A stretch of DNA of 64,000 bases, from assembly GCA_963771085.1 (NCBI GenBank), contig CAVYSB010000002.1, positions 448,917 to 512,916 of the forward strand. The letters are read 5' to 3'. Of this stretch, positions 1 to 8,887 are shown piece after piece. Under the pieces are notes generated by a model that saw nothing but the letters and a program-made list of their open reading frames with translations, made no database searches and had not been told where the DNA came from. The translations under genes were made by a program, and so were the position numbers. Origin of the DNA: an uncultured Solirubrobacteraceae bacterium (GTDB lineage: Bacteria > Actinomycetota > Thermoleophilia > Solirubrobacterales > Solirubrobacteraceae). Position 1 is the first letter of the stretch, and each line of letters starts with the position of its first letter.

Positions 1-1
1 C

Positions 2-499
2 CGCTTCATGCTGATCGCGGCCACCAACCCCTGCCCGTGCGGCTACGCGGGTGACGGCGAGCGCTGCAACTGCAGCGAGGGCGAGGTGGCGCGCCACCGC
101 CGCCGCCTGAGCGGTCCTCTGCTCGACCGCATCGACGTGCATGTCAACCTCCACCGCGAGTCCTCGGGGCGCCCGCTCACGAGCTCGGCGCAGGCGCGAG
201 AGCGCGTCCTGCTCGCCCGCGCGCGCCAGTCCGCCCGCCTGCAGGGACACTCTGCGGCGGCGAACGCACAGATGGACGCGCGTCTGCTGCGTGCACACGC
301 CCGCCTGGACGCGAAGGGCGATGCGATGCTCGCGCGGGCCTGCGAGACGGGGCTGCTCAGCACACGCGGGCGCCACCGGCTGTTGCGTGTGGCGCGCACG
401 ATCGCGGACCTCGACGGGAGCGAGCGGGTGCGGGCGCGCGACGTCGGCGCAGCGCTCGCGCTGCGCCGGCAGGAAGCCCTGGCCGGGCGCGGTGGCTGA
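2..499 (+). CDS. comM: ComM/YifB-family Mg-chelatase-like ATPase, C-terminal fragment (5' end outside window)
   Basis: The frame is open to the window edge. It has the ATNPCPCGY..C.C Cys cluster and the LSGPLLDRIDV motif typical of the ComM/YifB C-terminal half. Its stop overlaps the dprA start (TGATG). Confidence 0.8.
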   Translation, partial: RFMLIAATNPCPCGYAGDGERCNCSEGEVARHRRRLSGPLLDRIDVHVNLHRESSGRPLTSSAQARERVLLARARQSARLQGHSAAANAQMDARLLRAHARLDAKGDAMLARACETGLLSTRGRHRLLRVARTIADLDGSERVRARDVGAALALRRQEALAGRGG

Positions 500-1605
500 T
501 GCCCGCGCGCACGGCGAGCCACGGCGCATGCTGGCGCTGCCGGCGACGCAGCTGGTTGCTCGCCGAGCTAGGCGGCCCGCTCGACTTCTGCGCACGTGAC
601 ACCGAGCGCCTGCTGGCCCTGCTGGCGCTCTCCGACGAGGACCTGCTCCGGGCGCTCGCGGGCCGGCGCCGCGCGGAGCTCACCCGCGCCTACGAGAGCT
701 TTGAGCAGCACGACCCGAGCCCCCTGGCGCGCGTCGAGAGCGTGTGCCGCCACGACGAGCGATTCCCGCGAGCGCTTCGCACCCCGGCGGGGCCGCACAT
801 GCTGCACGCCGCGGGCGGTGCAGCCCGGCTCGCCCGGCTCACCGCGGCGCCCGCCGTGGCGCTGATCGGCAGCAGGCGCGCGAGCGAGTACGGCGTGCAG
901 ATCGCACGGGGCCTCGCCCGGGGGCTGTCGGCGAGCGGCGTCACTTTGATCGCCGGTGCAGGCGATGGGATCGCGGCGGCGGCGCGCACCGGGGCGCTCG
1001 CGGCGGGCGGAGGCACCGTGGCGATACGCGCGGGCGGCCTGCCGGCGGACGCCCCGGCGCGCGGCGGTCCGCCGGGCGAGCAGGCTGGCGCCAACGGCTG
1101 TGTGGTCGCGGAGCTGCCGTGTGGCTGTAGCGGGCGTATATGGGGCGGGCTCGCGGCGGAGCGCGTGGCGGTGGGCCTGGCCGCGGTGACGGTGCTCGTG
1201 GAGGCCGAGGACCGCCCGCGCGAGCTGGCGGCAGCACGGCTGGCGGGCACGCTGGAGCGGGTGGTGGCGGCGGTGCCGGGGCGCGTCACCTCGCCGCTGG
1301 CGCGCGGCCCCCACGCGCTGCTGCTCGAGGGCGCAGCTCTGGTGCGTCAATCGGAGGATGTGCTCGAGCTGCTGAGCGGCATGGGCGTGGCGCAGGAGCT
1401 GATCGTGCGCCACGCGCGAGCCACGCCGCCACTCGAGCCACGCCTACAGCATCTGCTCGACCGTGTTGGCGCGGGCAGCGACACGCCGGACAGGCTCACC
1501 GGCGAGGGCATCGACCCGGGCGAGGTGCTGCTCGGCCTCGGCGAACTCGAGCTGCTGGGGGTGCTCGTGCGGGGCGCGGGCGGGCGCTATCTGCCGCAGG
1601 CGTGA
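499..1605 (+). CDS. dprA: DNA-processing protein DprA/Smf
   Basis: LIGSRRASEYG...GVTLIAGAGDGIAAAARTGALAAGGGTVAI matches the DprA Rossmann core (GSR..s.yG / SGlA.GiDaaAH-like). The comM-dprA adjacency is conserved. Confidence 0.85.
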   Translation: MPARTASHGACWRCRRRSWLLAELGGPLDFCARDTERLLALLALSDEDLLRALAGRRRAELTRAYESFEQHDPSPLARVESVCRHDERFPRALRTPAGPHMLHAAGGAARLARLTAAPAVALIGSRRASEYGVQIARGLARGLSASGVTLIAGAGDGIAAAARTGALAAGGGTVAIRAGGLPADAPARGGPPGEQAGANGCVVAELPCGCSGRIWGGLAAERVAVGLAAVTVLVEAEDRPRELAAARLAGTLERVVAAVPGRVTSPLARGPHALLLEGAALVRQSEDVLELLSGMGVAQELIVRHARATPPLEPRLQHLLDRVGAGSDTPDRLTGEGIDPGEVLLGLGELELLGVLVRGAGGRYLPQA

Positions 1606-1632
1606 GCCGTCCGTCCGCGCCCGCCACGGGTC

Positions 1633-2262
1633 TCAGCGAACGTAGGCGTAGAGAGGCTTGTAGCCGCTGGGCGTTTCCACCCGCGCTTCCATAACCCCCA
1701 GGTCTACGGTGTCGCCAAGCGTGCATCGCTCGGTGCCGATGTTCTTGGTGAACGTGGCCGAGATTTCGAGTGTTACCGCGCCGAATGTTGGCGTCGCAAG
1801 TATCTTCTTGGCCTCCTGCGGGCAGTAGGGCGACCCGCCGACGACCTCATAGGCATCCAGCACGCCGCTGACCTTGGCCGTACCCTTCGCGGCCAACCGC
1901 AGCGTCCACGGGAACCCGGTGACCTTCTGCGGGTAGTTGCACGCGGCGACGTCTTCTTCGTTGAGATTGCCGAACGCGTCGTAGAGCACGAGCTCATCTG
2001 TCTTGGCGCTGTTGGTGCGCAGTTCGCCATTGATGTCCTCAAAGCCCCCGAAGCAGCCGTAGGTCCCAATTTCGGGGCCCGTGTATTTGAGAGAATCGTC
2101 ACTGGAATGAAGTTCGACAAATTCGCCCGGCGGCAGCGCTTTGCCCGTCGCTCCTTCGGTCAGTTCGAGCGTTTTGGGCGAAGCCGACGCCGTCCCCGCC
2201 GCGGTTCCGCCGAGCGCCATCACGGCGATCAGGACGGCACCTGTGATCTGAGCGCGTCGCAT
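1633..2262 (-). CDS. secreted hypothetical protein
   Basis: The internal ATG at 2262 of ORF 1633..2577 gives a signal peptide, MRRAQITGAVLIAVMALGGTAAGTASA. The upstream 105 codons are Arg/Gly/Ala-rich junk. No family recognised. Confidence 0.6.
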   Translation of the reverse strand: MRRAQITGAVLIAVMALGGTAAGTASASPKTLELTEGATGKALPPGEFVELHSSDDSLKYTGPEIGTYGCFGGFEDINGELRTNSAKTDELVLYDAFGNLNEEDVAACNYPQKVTGFPWTLRLAAKGTAKVSGVLDAYEVVGGSPYCPQEAKKILATPTFGAVTLEISATFTKNIGTERCTLGDTVDLGVMEARVETPSGYKPLYAYVR

Positions 2263-2337
2263 GCCTGGCCCTCCCTGTTCGGTCCGTACGGCCTGCCTGC
2301 CGATGGTACACCCGCGCGCGGGGCGCGCACGCGCACC

Positions 2338-2607
2338 GTGGCACTGCTGTCGGCCGCGGCCCTCCTGCTCGCCGCGTGCGGCAGTGGCGAGACAATTCAC
2401 GGCGTCGCTCAGACGGCCGCGCAGCGGGGCCGGCCGTGCGAAGCGGCCGAAGTGGAACCCACCGATACGACGTTCGCCCGCGAATGCCGCGCACAGCAGG
2501 AAGGCGAACAGCTGAAGGCTGAAGCGAGCGAGCCCCCCGCAGCCGGCACGCCTCGCGCAGGCAGCAGGGCTCCACAACCCCGCAAGCCCAGCGACCGCTC
2601 GCCCTGA
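2338..2607 (+). CDS. possible small lipoprotein
   Basis: Lies within ORF 2107..2607. A GTG at 2338 gives VALLSAAALLLAAC|GSG, a lipobox-like LAAC motif. Third-position GC is moderately high. There is no charged n-region and the start is uncertain. Confidence 0.3.
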   Translation: MALLSAAALLLAACGSGETIHGVAQTAAQRGRPCEAAEVEPTDTTFARECRAQQEGEQLKAEASEPPAAGTPRAGSRAPQPRKPSDRSP

Positions 2608-2611
2608 GCAC

Positions 2612-3580
2612 TCAGGAGGCGAGGAAGCGCGTCACGTCTCGAGCCTCGGCGGCGAGCGCCGACGCAGGCGCGGGTCGGGCGAACCACGCAGGCTCGGGGC
2701 GGCCTCGCGCGATCGACCAGGTGCCTGTCGCCACCCCGCCTCGGAGCACGACCCCTTTGAGGATGCCGCCCCCCTTGAGCACGTGCCGGTCGTGCTCTGC
2801 GGCCACGAACGGCTCGCGCGTGCGGTGCCCGAGCATCAGCGTGTCGAAGGCCGCGAGCAGCAGGCAGGACGGCGGCTGCACGGCGGGCCACGCGTCGAGG
2901 TCGGGCTGGGTTCCGGCGGCTTCCAGCGCGCGTCGCGCCTCGCTGATCGGCAGCGAGGACCACTTTGCGAGATCGATCGCCTCGCTGGGCCCATAGCCCG
3001 CGAGGTAACGGATGCCGAGCAGGGCGAGCGCCTCGTCTCGGTCAACGGCGGGCGGCGGGTCGGCCGCGTGCAGCAGGCCGTCGACGTCGGTGACGATCAG
3101 GCCCTGCGTCGATAGCCAGGGGACGAAAGTGTTGATCGGCCCCTGCTCGAGTGATGGGTGGCCGCGCTCGCGCAGCGCACGCAGCAGCGACGCGCGATCG
3201 CGGGGTCGCTCGGCACAGAGCTCGAGGACATCGCCGCACATCGCCCTCACCTCCTCCGTCACGCCGAAGCGCTCGAAGCGCGCGCCGAAGCTCCGCGCGT
3301 TGCGCGCGGCGAGCAACGCGTGTAGCCACGGGCGGTCGGAGGCGGCGATCAGGTGCACCGTGCCGCGCACGGTCCAGGTGCGCAGCAGCGGCGCGGCCCG
3401 AACGTCCTCGCGTGTCAGGCCGGGTACGCGCGAGCGCAGCGCGAGCGCCGCCGCGCGCAGATCCTGCGCCTGGACTCCGATGACGGCCAGCGCAGCTTCC
3501 TCCGCACTGGTGCACGCGCTCGCCGGCGTCAGTCGCTGCGCGCCCAGACGCGCACGGCGTAGGCGCTCAACAGCATCCAT
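2612..3580 (-). CDS. winged-helix DNA-binding protein, YcaQ/AlkZ-like (DUF1006-type) family
   Basis: MDAVERLRRARLGAQRL...LLRTWTVRGTVHLI...W..S resembles the YcaQ/AlkZ crosslink-repair glycosylase family (recalled from memory). The start is set at the ATG at 3580 because codons upstream run into the IS terminal repeat. Confidence 0.65.
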   Translation of the reverse strand: MDAVERLRRARLGAQRLTPASACTSAEEAALAVIGVQAQDLRAAALALRSRVPGLTREDVRAAPLLRTWTVRGTVHLIAASDRPWLHALLAARNARSFGARFERFGVTEEVRAMCGDVLELCAERPRDRASLLRALRERGHPSLEQGPINTFVPWLSTQGLIVTDVDGLLHAADPPPAVDRDEALALLGIRYLAGYGPSEAIDLAKWSSLPISEARRALEAAGTQPDLDAWPAVQPPSCLLLAAFDTLMLGHRTREPFVAAEHDRHVLKGGGILKGVVLRGGVATGTWSIARGRPEPAWFARPAPASALAAEARDVTRFLAS

Positions 3581-3591
3581 GCTTCGGATCA

Positions 3592-3604
3592 AAGCGGATG
3601 AAGG
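3592..3604. repeat. left copy of the direct repeat AAGCGGATGAAGG flanking the IS (target-site duplication)
   Basis: Identical 13-mer at 4877-4889. The identity reaches 15 bp if the CA shared with the IS tip is counted. Confidence 0.8.
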
Positions 3605-4876
3605 TGTGTGGTGCCACCACATAGGCGACATATGTGTCAGGACATGGGAGACACCAACGTGAGGGAGTCTTCCTGTGGCGATCGCGAGGTATCTGGTCGA
3701 GGCGCATGTGTTGGAGGGCCGTCCGGTTGGCGAGCTGGCAGCAGCTCACGGGGTTCATCGCAGCTGGATCTACAAGCTGCTGGCCCGCTACCGCGCTGGG
3801 GGCTATGAGGCGTTAGAGGCGCGCTCCAGACGGCCGCGATCGTGCAGGCACGAGACACCGCCAGAGGTCGTTGAGGCGATCGTTGGGTTGCGCAGCGAGC
3901 TACGGGAGCAGGGCCATGACGCCGGCGCTGAGACGATCGCCTACCACCTCGCCCAGCAAAGCAAAGACGTTCCCTCCCTCTCGACGATCTGGCGCATCCT
4001 CAGACGCGAGGGCCTCGTCGTTGCACAACCGCAGAAGCGGCCCCGCTGCAGCCTGATCCGCTTCCAAGCGGAGCTGCCGAATGAGATGTGGCAGGCCGAC
4101 ATCACCCACTGGGAGCTTTCCGGCGGCGAGCACGCAGAGATCCTCAACATGATCGATGACCACTCGCGCCTGTTCCTGGCCTCCCGAGCGTTCCAGACGA
4201 TCAAAGCCAGGGATGTGGTGGATGTCTTCCACGGCGCAGCCGAGCTCCACGGGCTGCCCGCCTGCTTGCTCTCCGACAACGGCGCCGTGTTCAGCGCCAC
4301 ACCGCGCAAGGGCAAAGTGCTCCTGCAGGCAGAGCTCGAGCGCCTCGGGATCGCCTCGAAGAACTCACGGCCCTACCACCCGCAGACCTGCGGGAAGGTC
4401 GAGCGCCTGCACCAGACACTGAAGCGCTACCTGGATGCCCAGAAGCCCGCCACGACGCTCACAGAGCTCCAAGGCCAGCTCGATCGCTTCGTGCACTACT
4501 ACAACAACGTGAGGCCGCACCGGGCTCTTGACCGACGGACGCCTCTCCAGGCCTACAGCGCCCGCCTGAAGGCAAGGCCCGCGGCCGTGAAACCAGACAC
4601 GCACTTCAGGGTCCGCAACGACACGGTCGACGCCCACGGCAAGGTCACCCTGCGCCACATGAGCCGCCTGCACCACATCGGACTGGGACGAGCCCACAAG
4701 GGGCGACAGGTCAAGCTCCTGATCGCCGATCAGAGCATCCGCGTGATCACCCTCGACGGCGAACTGATCCGCGAGCTCACGCTCGATCCAAGCCGCGACT
4801 ACCAGCCGCTCGGACGGCACTGACCTGTCTACCATGTCCCGCGACATCAGTCTCCGATGTCCCGACACATCACACA
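3605..4876 (+). mobile_element. IS481-family insertion sequence (about 1.27 kb)
   Basis: A single DDE transposase ORF is bracketed by imperfect terminal inverted repeats of about 50 bp. Both begin TGTGTG and share the GGACATGG(G/T)AGACA block. The element is flanked by a 13-bp direct repeat. Confidence 0.85.
3675..4823 (+). CDS. IS481-family transposase (HTH + rve/DDE core)
   Basis: N-terminal HTH (ELAAAHGVHRSWIYKLLARYR). DDE core recognisable as MWQADITHW...DDHSR, LLSDNGAVF and PYHPQTCGKVERLHQTLK. Confidence 0.9.
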   Translation: MAIARYLVEAHVLEGRPVGELAAAHGVHRSWIYKLLARYRAGGYEALEARSRRPRSCRHETPPEVVEAIVGLRSELREQGHDAGAETIAYHLAQQSKDVPSLSTIWRILRREGLVVAQPQKRPRCSLIRFQAELPNEMWQADITHWELSGGEHAEILNMIDDHSRLFLASRAFQTIKARDVVDVFHGAAELHGLPACLLSDNGAVFSATPRKGKVLLQAELERLGIASKNSRPYHPQTCGKVERLHQTLKRYLDAQKPATTLTELQGQLDRFVHYYNNVRPHRALDRRTPLQAYSARLKARPAAVKPDTHFRVRNDTVDAHGKVTLRHMSRLHHIGLGRAHKGRQVKLLIADQSIRVITLDGELIRELTLDPSRDYQPLGRH

Positions 4877-4889
4877 AAGCGGATGAAGG
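4877..4889. repeat. right copy of the 13-bp direct repeat (lies within the tRNA-Gly 3' end)
   Basis: AAGCGGATGAAGG, identical to 3592-3604. Covers the acceptor 3' strand and part of the T-arm of tRNA-Gly. Confidence 0.8.
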
Positions 4890-4951
4890 GATTCGAACCC
4901 TCGACCTTCGCCATGGCAAGGCGACGCTCTAGCCAGCTGAGCTACATCCGC
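4878..4951 (-). tRNA. tRNA-Gly (anticodon GCC)
   Basis: The reverse complement GCGGATGTAGCTCAGCTGGCTAGAGCGTCGCCTTGCCATGGCGAAGGTCGAGGGTTCGAATCCCTTCATCCGCT folds as a cloverleaf. The anticodon loop is TTGCCAT. CCA is not encoded. Confidence 0.9.
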
Positions 4952-5010
4952 GCGCTGGTGGATTCTAGCCCTCGCAGCCGCACCGCGTCCAGGCGCTCGG
5001 CACGGGCCGC

Positions 5011-6225
5011 TCAGGCGGGCCGGTGCGCGCGCACCTGATAGACGGCGGTGAGCGCCTGTTCGAAGCCGCGCCCGGCGGCGCGCAGGTAGAGGCGCCAGAT
5101 CCGCGTGCGCTCCTTGCCGGCGAGCGCCTCGGCCGCCTCGATGTGGTCGTCCAGGCGCTGGGCCCAGTGGCGCAGCGTGATCGCATAGTCCTCCCTGAAC
5201 CCCTCCACATGGTCGGTGTGCAAGCCCGCGCGCTCGACCGCGAGCTGCACGCGGGAGAGCGAAAGCGGCTCGCCGTCGGGGAACACGTAGCGCGTTGAGA
5301 AGAGATCCGCAAGCGGGTCGTCGTCTGGGTCGAGGGCAGCGATCGCGTGGTTGAGCAACCGCCCGCCCGGGCGCAGCAGCGTGTACAGCGACGCGGCGTA
5401 GTGATCGATCTGGCTCTCGCCCACGTGCTCGGACATGCCGATGCTCGCGATCGCGTCGAAGGATGCCTGCGGCAGCTGGCGGTAGTCGGCCACGCGGATG
5501 TCCACCCGCTCCTCCAGCCCCGCCGCGCGCACGCGCTCGCGGGCAAGCTCGGCCTGCGGCGGGGACAGGGTGATCCCCGTCACCTCCACGCCGTACTCGC
5601 GCGCGGCGTGGATCGCGAAGCTGCCCCAGCCGCAGCCCACGTCGAGCACGCGCATGCCGGGCTCCAGCGCGAGCTTGCCCGCCACCAGCTCGAGTTTGGC
5701 GCGCTGGGCCTCCTCGAGAGTCTGCGCGCCCCGCGAGAAGATCGCGCAGCTGTAGGTCATCGACTCGTCGAGGAACAGCGCGAAGAAGTCGTTGCCGACG
5801 TCGTAGTGGTAGCGCACGGCCGCCGCGTCGCGCTCCACGCTGTGGCGCTCCCCGCCCAGGATCAGCTCCAGTTCGGGCCTGCGCGGAATCCCCGCGGGCG
5901 CCGCCGCGGCGGCGATCGCCAGGCCCAGGCGGACACGGTCAAAGCCGCCCAGCTCGGGTGGCTCGAACTCGTCCACCACAGCGAACGCGCCATCGAGGTC
6001 GTCCACCGCGAGCGAGCCCTCAACGTAGGCTCGGCCCAGCCCCAGGGTTCCGGGCGATGAGATGAAATGCGCAAGCGCGGAGGGCCGGCGCACGAAGAAC
6101 GTGGGTGCCTCCTCGACGGTCGCCTGCACCGCCCCGCCGTCCCAGAAGCGCACGTGAAAGGGCCGCGACGGCAGCACTCGCTCCAGCTCGTGGCTCAGGG
6201 GCCTGCTCGCACGGATCAGCGCCAT
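5011..6225 (-). CDS. cfa: cyclopropane-fatty-acyl-phospholipid synthase family SAM-dependent methyltransferase
   Basis: YDVGNDFFALFLDESMTYSCAIF and the SAM motif VLDVGCGWGSFAIHAA are hallmarks of CFA / mycolic-acid methyltransferases. Confidence 0.9.
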   Translation of the reverse strand: MALIRASRPLSHELERVLPSRPFHVRFWDGGAVQATVEEAPTFFVRRPSALAHFISSPGTLGLGRAYVEGSLAVDDLDGAFAVVDEFEPPELGGFDRVRLGLAIAAAAAPAGIPRRPELELILGGERHSVERDAAAVRYHYDVGNDFFALFLDESMTYSCAIFSRGAQTLEEAQRAKLELVAGKLALEPGMRVLDVGCGWGSFAIHAAREYGVEVTGITLSPPQAELARERVRAAGLEERVDIRVADYRQLPQASFDAIASIGMSEHVGESQIDHYAASLYTLLRPGGRLLNHAIAALDPDDDPLADLFSTRYVFPDGEPLSLSRVQLAVERAGLHTDHVEGFREDYAITLRHWAQRLDDHIEAAEALAGKERTRIWRLYLRAAGRGFEQALTAVYQVRAHRPA

Positions 6226-6305
6226 CGGCCCGTACGATTACACATGCACGCCAAGCCGTGAAGCCTCGCGCGGGGCGGTCGCAGTTGCGGTCTCGCGCGC
6301 CGTGC

Positions 6306-7223
6306 TCAGCCCTTGAACGTGGAGCGGCCCACGTCGCCGAAGGGCTCGTCGCGCTCGCGCACCGCCTCTCGAAAGCCGGCCTCGGCGGCGCGCCGCTGGA
6401 AGGCGTAGCCCTCGGCGGTGTGGCGGGTGATGCCATCCAGCAGGGTGCCCAGCACCTGGGTCGTGTGCAGGCCCTCCGCGTACAGCGTCTGGTTGACCAG
6501 CAGCTTCATCATCATCAGCTGGTTCACCGGCACCCGTGCGATTCGCTCCAGCAGGATCTCGGTGCGCTCGTCGAGCAGCGCGGCAGGCGGAGCCTCGACC
6601 GCAAGCCCCCATTCGAGCGCCTCGCTGCCCGACAGCGAGTCGCCCGTGAACAGCAGCCGCTTGGCGCGCTGGGCACCCACGCGCTGGGCCCACAGTGCAG
6701 TCGTCGGGGAGCCCCACACGCGTGCCGGCGGATAGCCGATCTTGGCGTCCTGCGCGATCACGAGCAGATCCGAGCAGAGCGCCATATCGGTTCCGCCCGC
6801 CACGCAGAAGCCATGCACCTTGCACACGACGGGCTTGCCACAGTGAAACAGGCTCATGAAGCCGCGGACGTTGCGGCTCATCATCGCGTAGTCCACCATC
6901 GGATCCCACGTTCCGTGTGGGTCATGGTTAGCCGCCATCACGCTCGGGTCAAGCGGCGAGCCGGCGGGCGGGCCGTCGCCATCGGGCCCGCTTACGCCCA
7001 TTCCCTCCGCGCTCTCCACCAGGTCATAGCCGCCGCAGAACCCCGGCCCGGCGCCCGACAGCGCCAGCACGTGCACCGCCGGGTCCAGGTCGGCCTGCTC
7101 GACGCATGCGGCCAGCTCGTCGACCATCGCTCGAGTGATGCCGTTGCCGCGCTCGGGGCGGTCCAGCGTGATCCGCGCCACCCGCCCCGTGAGCTCGTAG
7201 CGAACCGCGCGCGCGGCGCTCAT
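6306..7223 (-). CDS. enoyl-CoA hydratase/isomerase (crotonase) family protein
   Basis: VRYELTGRVARITLDRPERGNGIT and KPVVCKVHGFCVAGGTDMALCSDL are crotonase-fold motifs. Start chosen at MSAARAV; the ORF extends to 7271. Confidence 0.85.
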   Translation of the reverse strand: MSAARAVRYELTGRVARITLDRPERGNGITRAMVDELAACVEQADLDPAVHVLALSGAGPGFCGGYDLVESAEGMGVSGPDGDGPPAGSPLDPSVMAANHDPHGTWDPMVDYAMMSRNVRGFMSLFHCGKPVVCKVHGFCVAGGTDMALCSDLLVIAQDAKIGYPPARVWGSPTTALWAQRVGAQRAKRLLFTGDSLSGSEALEWGLAVEAPPAALLDERTEILLERIARVPVNQLMMMKLLVNQTLYAEGLHTTQVLGTLLDGITRHTAEGYAFQRRAAEAGFREAVRERDEPFGDVGRSTFKG

Positions 7224-7343
7224 GCGCGCGGGGAAACGGCGCTCGATGGCCTGCGGGCGCCTCTTGCGCACATGCCCGGCACTCTAGCGGCGCGCCGCGC
7301 GCCCACGCGTGACGCGCGGGCGCGCATCGGCTAGCCTGAGGGC

Positions 7344-8045
7344 ATGCGCCTGTTCGGTCGCGAAAAGTCAGCCATGGTGGATCCCGCCGCCGCGCTGCCG
7401 GGACGCGCGCAGGAGCTCAGCGTGCCCGCCCGCCATGCCGTGCTCGACACGCCGCTGAAGGGACCCTTCCCCGACGGCGTGGAGACCGCGATCTTCGGCA
7501 TGGGCTGCTTCTGGGGGGCCGAGCGGCTGTTCTGGCAGACCGGGGGCGTCTACAGCACCGCGGTCGGCTACGCCGGCGGCTCCACGCCGAACCCGACCTA
7601 CGAGGAGGTCTGCAGCGGGCGCACCGGTCACGCCGAGGTCGTGCTCGTCGCCTTCGACACCGCCCTCACCGGCTACCCGGAGATGCTGAAGGTCTTCTGG
7701 GAGGGGCACGACCCCACGCAGGGCATGCGCCAGGGCAACGACATGGGAACGCAGTACCGCTCTCTGATCCTGTGGCAGGGAGAGGATCAGCGCGTGACCG
7801 CCGAGGCCTCGCTCCACGCATACCAGCAAGTGCTCGCCGCAGCCGGGCACGGCACCATCACCACCGAACTCGCCGAGCTCGATGCTGCCCACCCCTTCTA
7901 CTACGCCGAGGACTACCACCAGCAGTATCTCGCCAAGAACCCCGGCGGCTACTGCGGCCTGGGCGGCACCGGCGTGGCGTGCCCGATCGGCCTGAGCGTG
8001 CCGCTGTCGGCCGCGGAGCAGCACGGCACAGGCGCCGGCCAGTAG
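7344..8045 (+). CDS. msrA: peptide-methionine (S)-S-oxide reductase MsrA
   Basis: Carries the GMGCFWGAE active-site motif and [17 protein letters not shown]. Confidence 0.95.
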   Translation: MRLFGREKSAMVDPAAALPGRAQELSVPARHAVLDTPLKGPFPDGVETAIFGMGCFWGAERLFWQTGGVYSTAVGYAGGSTPNPTYEEVCSGRTGHAEVVLVAFDTALTGYPEMLKVFWEGHDPTQGMRQGNDMGTQYRSLILWQGEDQRVTAEASLHAYQQVLAAAGHGTITTELAELDAAHPFYYAEDYHQQYLAKNPGGYCGLGGTGVACPIGLSVPLSAAEQHGTGAGQ

Positions 8046-8089
8046 GCCACCGGGAGCCGCGGGGGCGAGCTCCCCGCCGCGCCGCAGCC

Positions 8090-8683
8090 TCAGCCGTAGC
8101 GCCCGTAGGCAGCTACCCAGTCGGCGGCGATCACCCGCTGCGCCTGCGCCAGTGACATCGCCCCGTCGCACACGAGCCGATGCAGTGCGTCCTCGAGATG
8201 GTCCTTCGGGTTGAGGTAGTAGGCCGAGGGGTGCGCATAGTCGGGCTCGGGCCACAGGTTGCGGGGGTCGTTCACGGCGCCCCCGAGCTCCAGCGGCACG
8301 TCGTGGTCGTACTCGTAGCCCAACGCCCGCCCCGGCGCGCTGTAGGCCTCCAGGCTCGCGTACTTCTCGGGCTCGGTGACCCACTCCGGCGGGCGCACGC
8401 TCGAGGACCAGCCGCTGCGGCAGATCGTCGAGCCGATCGTGGCCTGCGTGACCGCGGGGTTCACCGCGCCGGGCGTGCAGCGCGGGTCCGGCCGCGAGTA
8501 GAGCCCAGAGCCGATCGCACGGCAGGAGCCGGGGGCCGGCTGGCGCTGCACGACCTCAGCGCTCGCGGTGCTGTAGACGAGCCCACTCGGCGCCGTCCCA
8601 GCGGCCGCTGCCGCGGCACCGGCGCCCGCGAGCGCGAGGAACGAGTACACCGCCCAGCGCGCCACTCTCACCGCGCCGAGCAT
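8090..8683 (-). CDS. secreted HNH-motif (nuclease-fold) protein
   Basis: Signal peptide (AVYSFLALAGAGAAAAAAG). The C-terminal YEYDHDVPLELGGAVNDPRNLWPEP matches the DH..P.ELGG....N.NL HNH pattern. Several Cys residues suggest disulfides. Confidence 0.6.
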   Translation of the reverse strand: MLGAVRVARWAVYSFLALAGAGAAAAAAGTAPSGLVYSTASAEVVQRQPAPGSCRAIGSGLYSRPDPRCTPGAVNPAVTQATIGSTICRSGWSSSVRPPEWVTEPEKYASLEAYSAPGRALGYEYDHDVPLELGGAVNDPRNLWPEPDYAHPSAYYLNPKDHLEDALHRLVCDGAMSLAQAQRVIAADWVAAYGRYG

Positions 8684-8782
8684 ACGCTCACCGCCCGCGG
8701 CGCGCCCGTTGCCGGCGCAGCGCGAAGCGCGAGGTTCGCGGCCGCGCTGCGGTCCTCTGCGCCCGCATCCCTCCCAACACGC

Positions 8783-8810
8783 CAGCGGCCCCGCCGAGGC
8801 GGGGCCGCTG
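8783..8810 (-). terminator. GC-rich hairpin downstream of amt
   Basis: CAGCGGCCCCGC-cgag-GCGGGGCCGCTG is a perfect 12-bp stem about 80 nt after the amt stop. There is no clear U-tract, as is common in high-GC genomes. Confidence 0.4.
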
Positions 8811-8887
8811 TGCGTGCTTCGCTACCGAAGCCCGGGCGCGCCGTGAGGGGCGGCGGGCCCGCTTAGGGGGTGTCGGGCGTCCTTTCC

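Noticed and set aside
3581-3631. N-terminal extension (MSPMWWHHTPSSALIRS) of the YcaQ-like ORF
   Set aside because: These codons run across the target-site duplication into the IS481 terminal inverted repeat, so they cannot be ancestral coding sequence. Start moved to the ATG at 3580.
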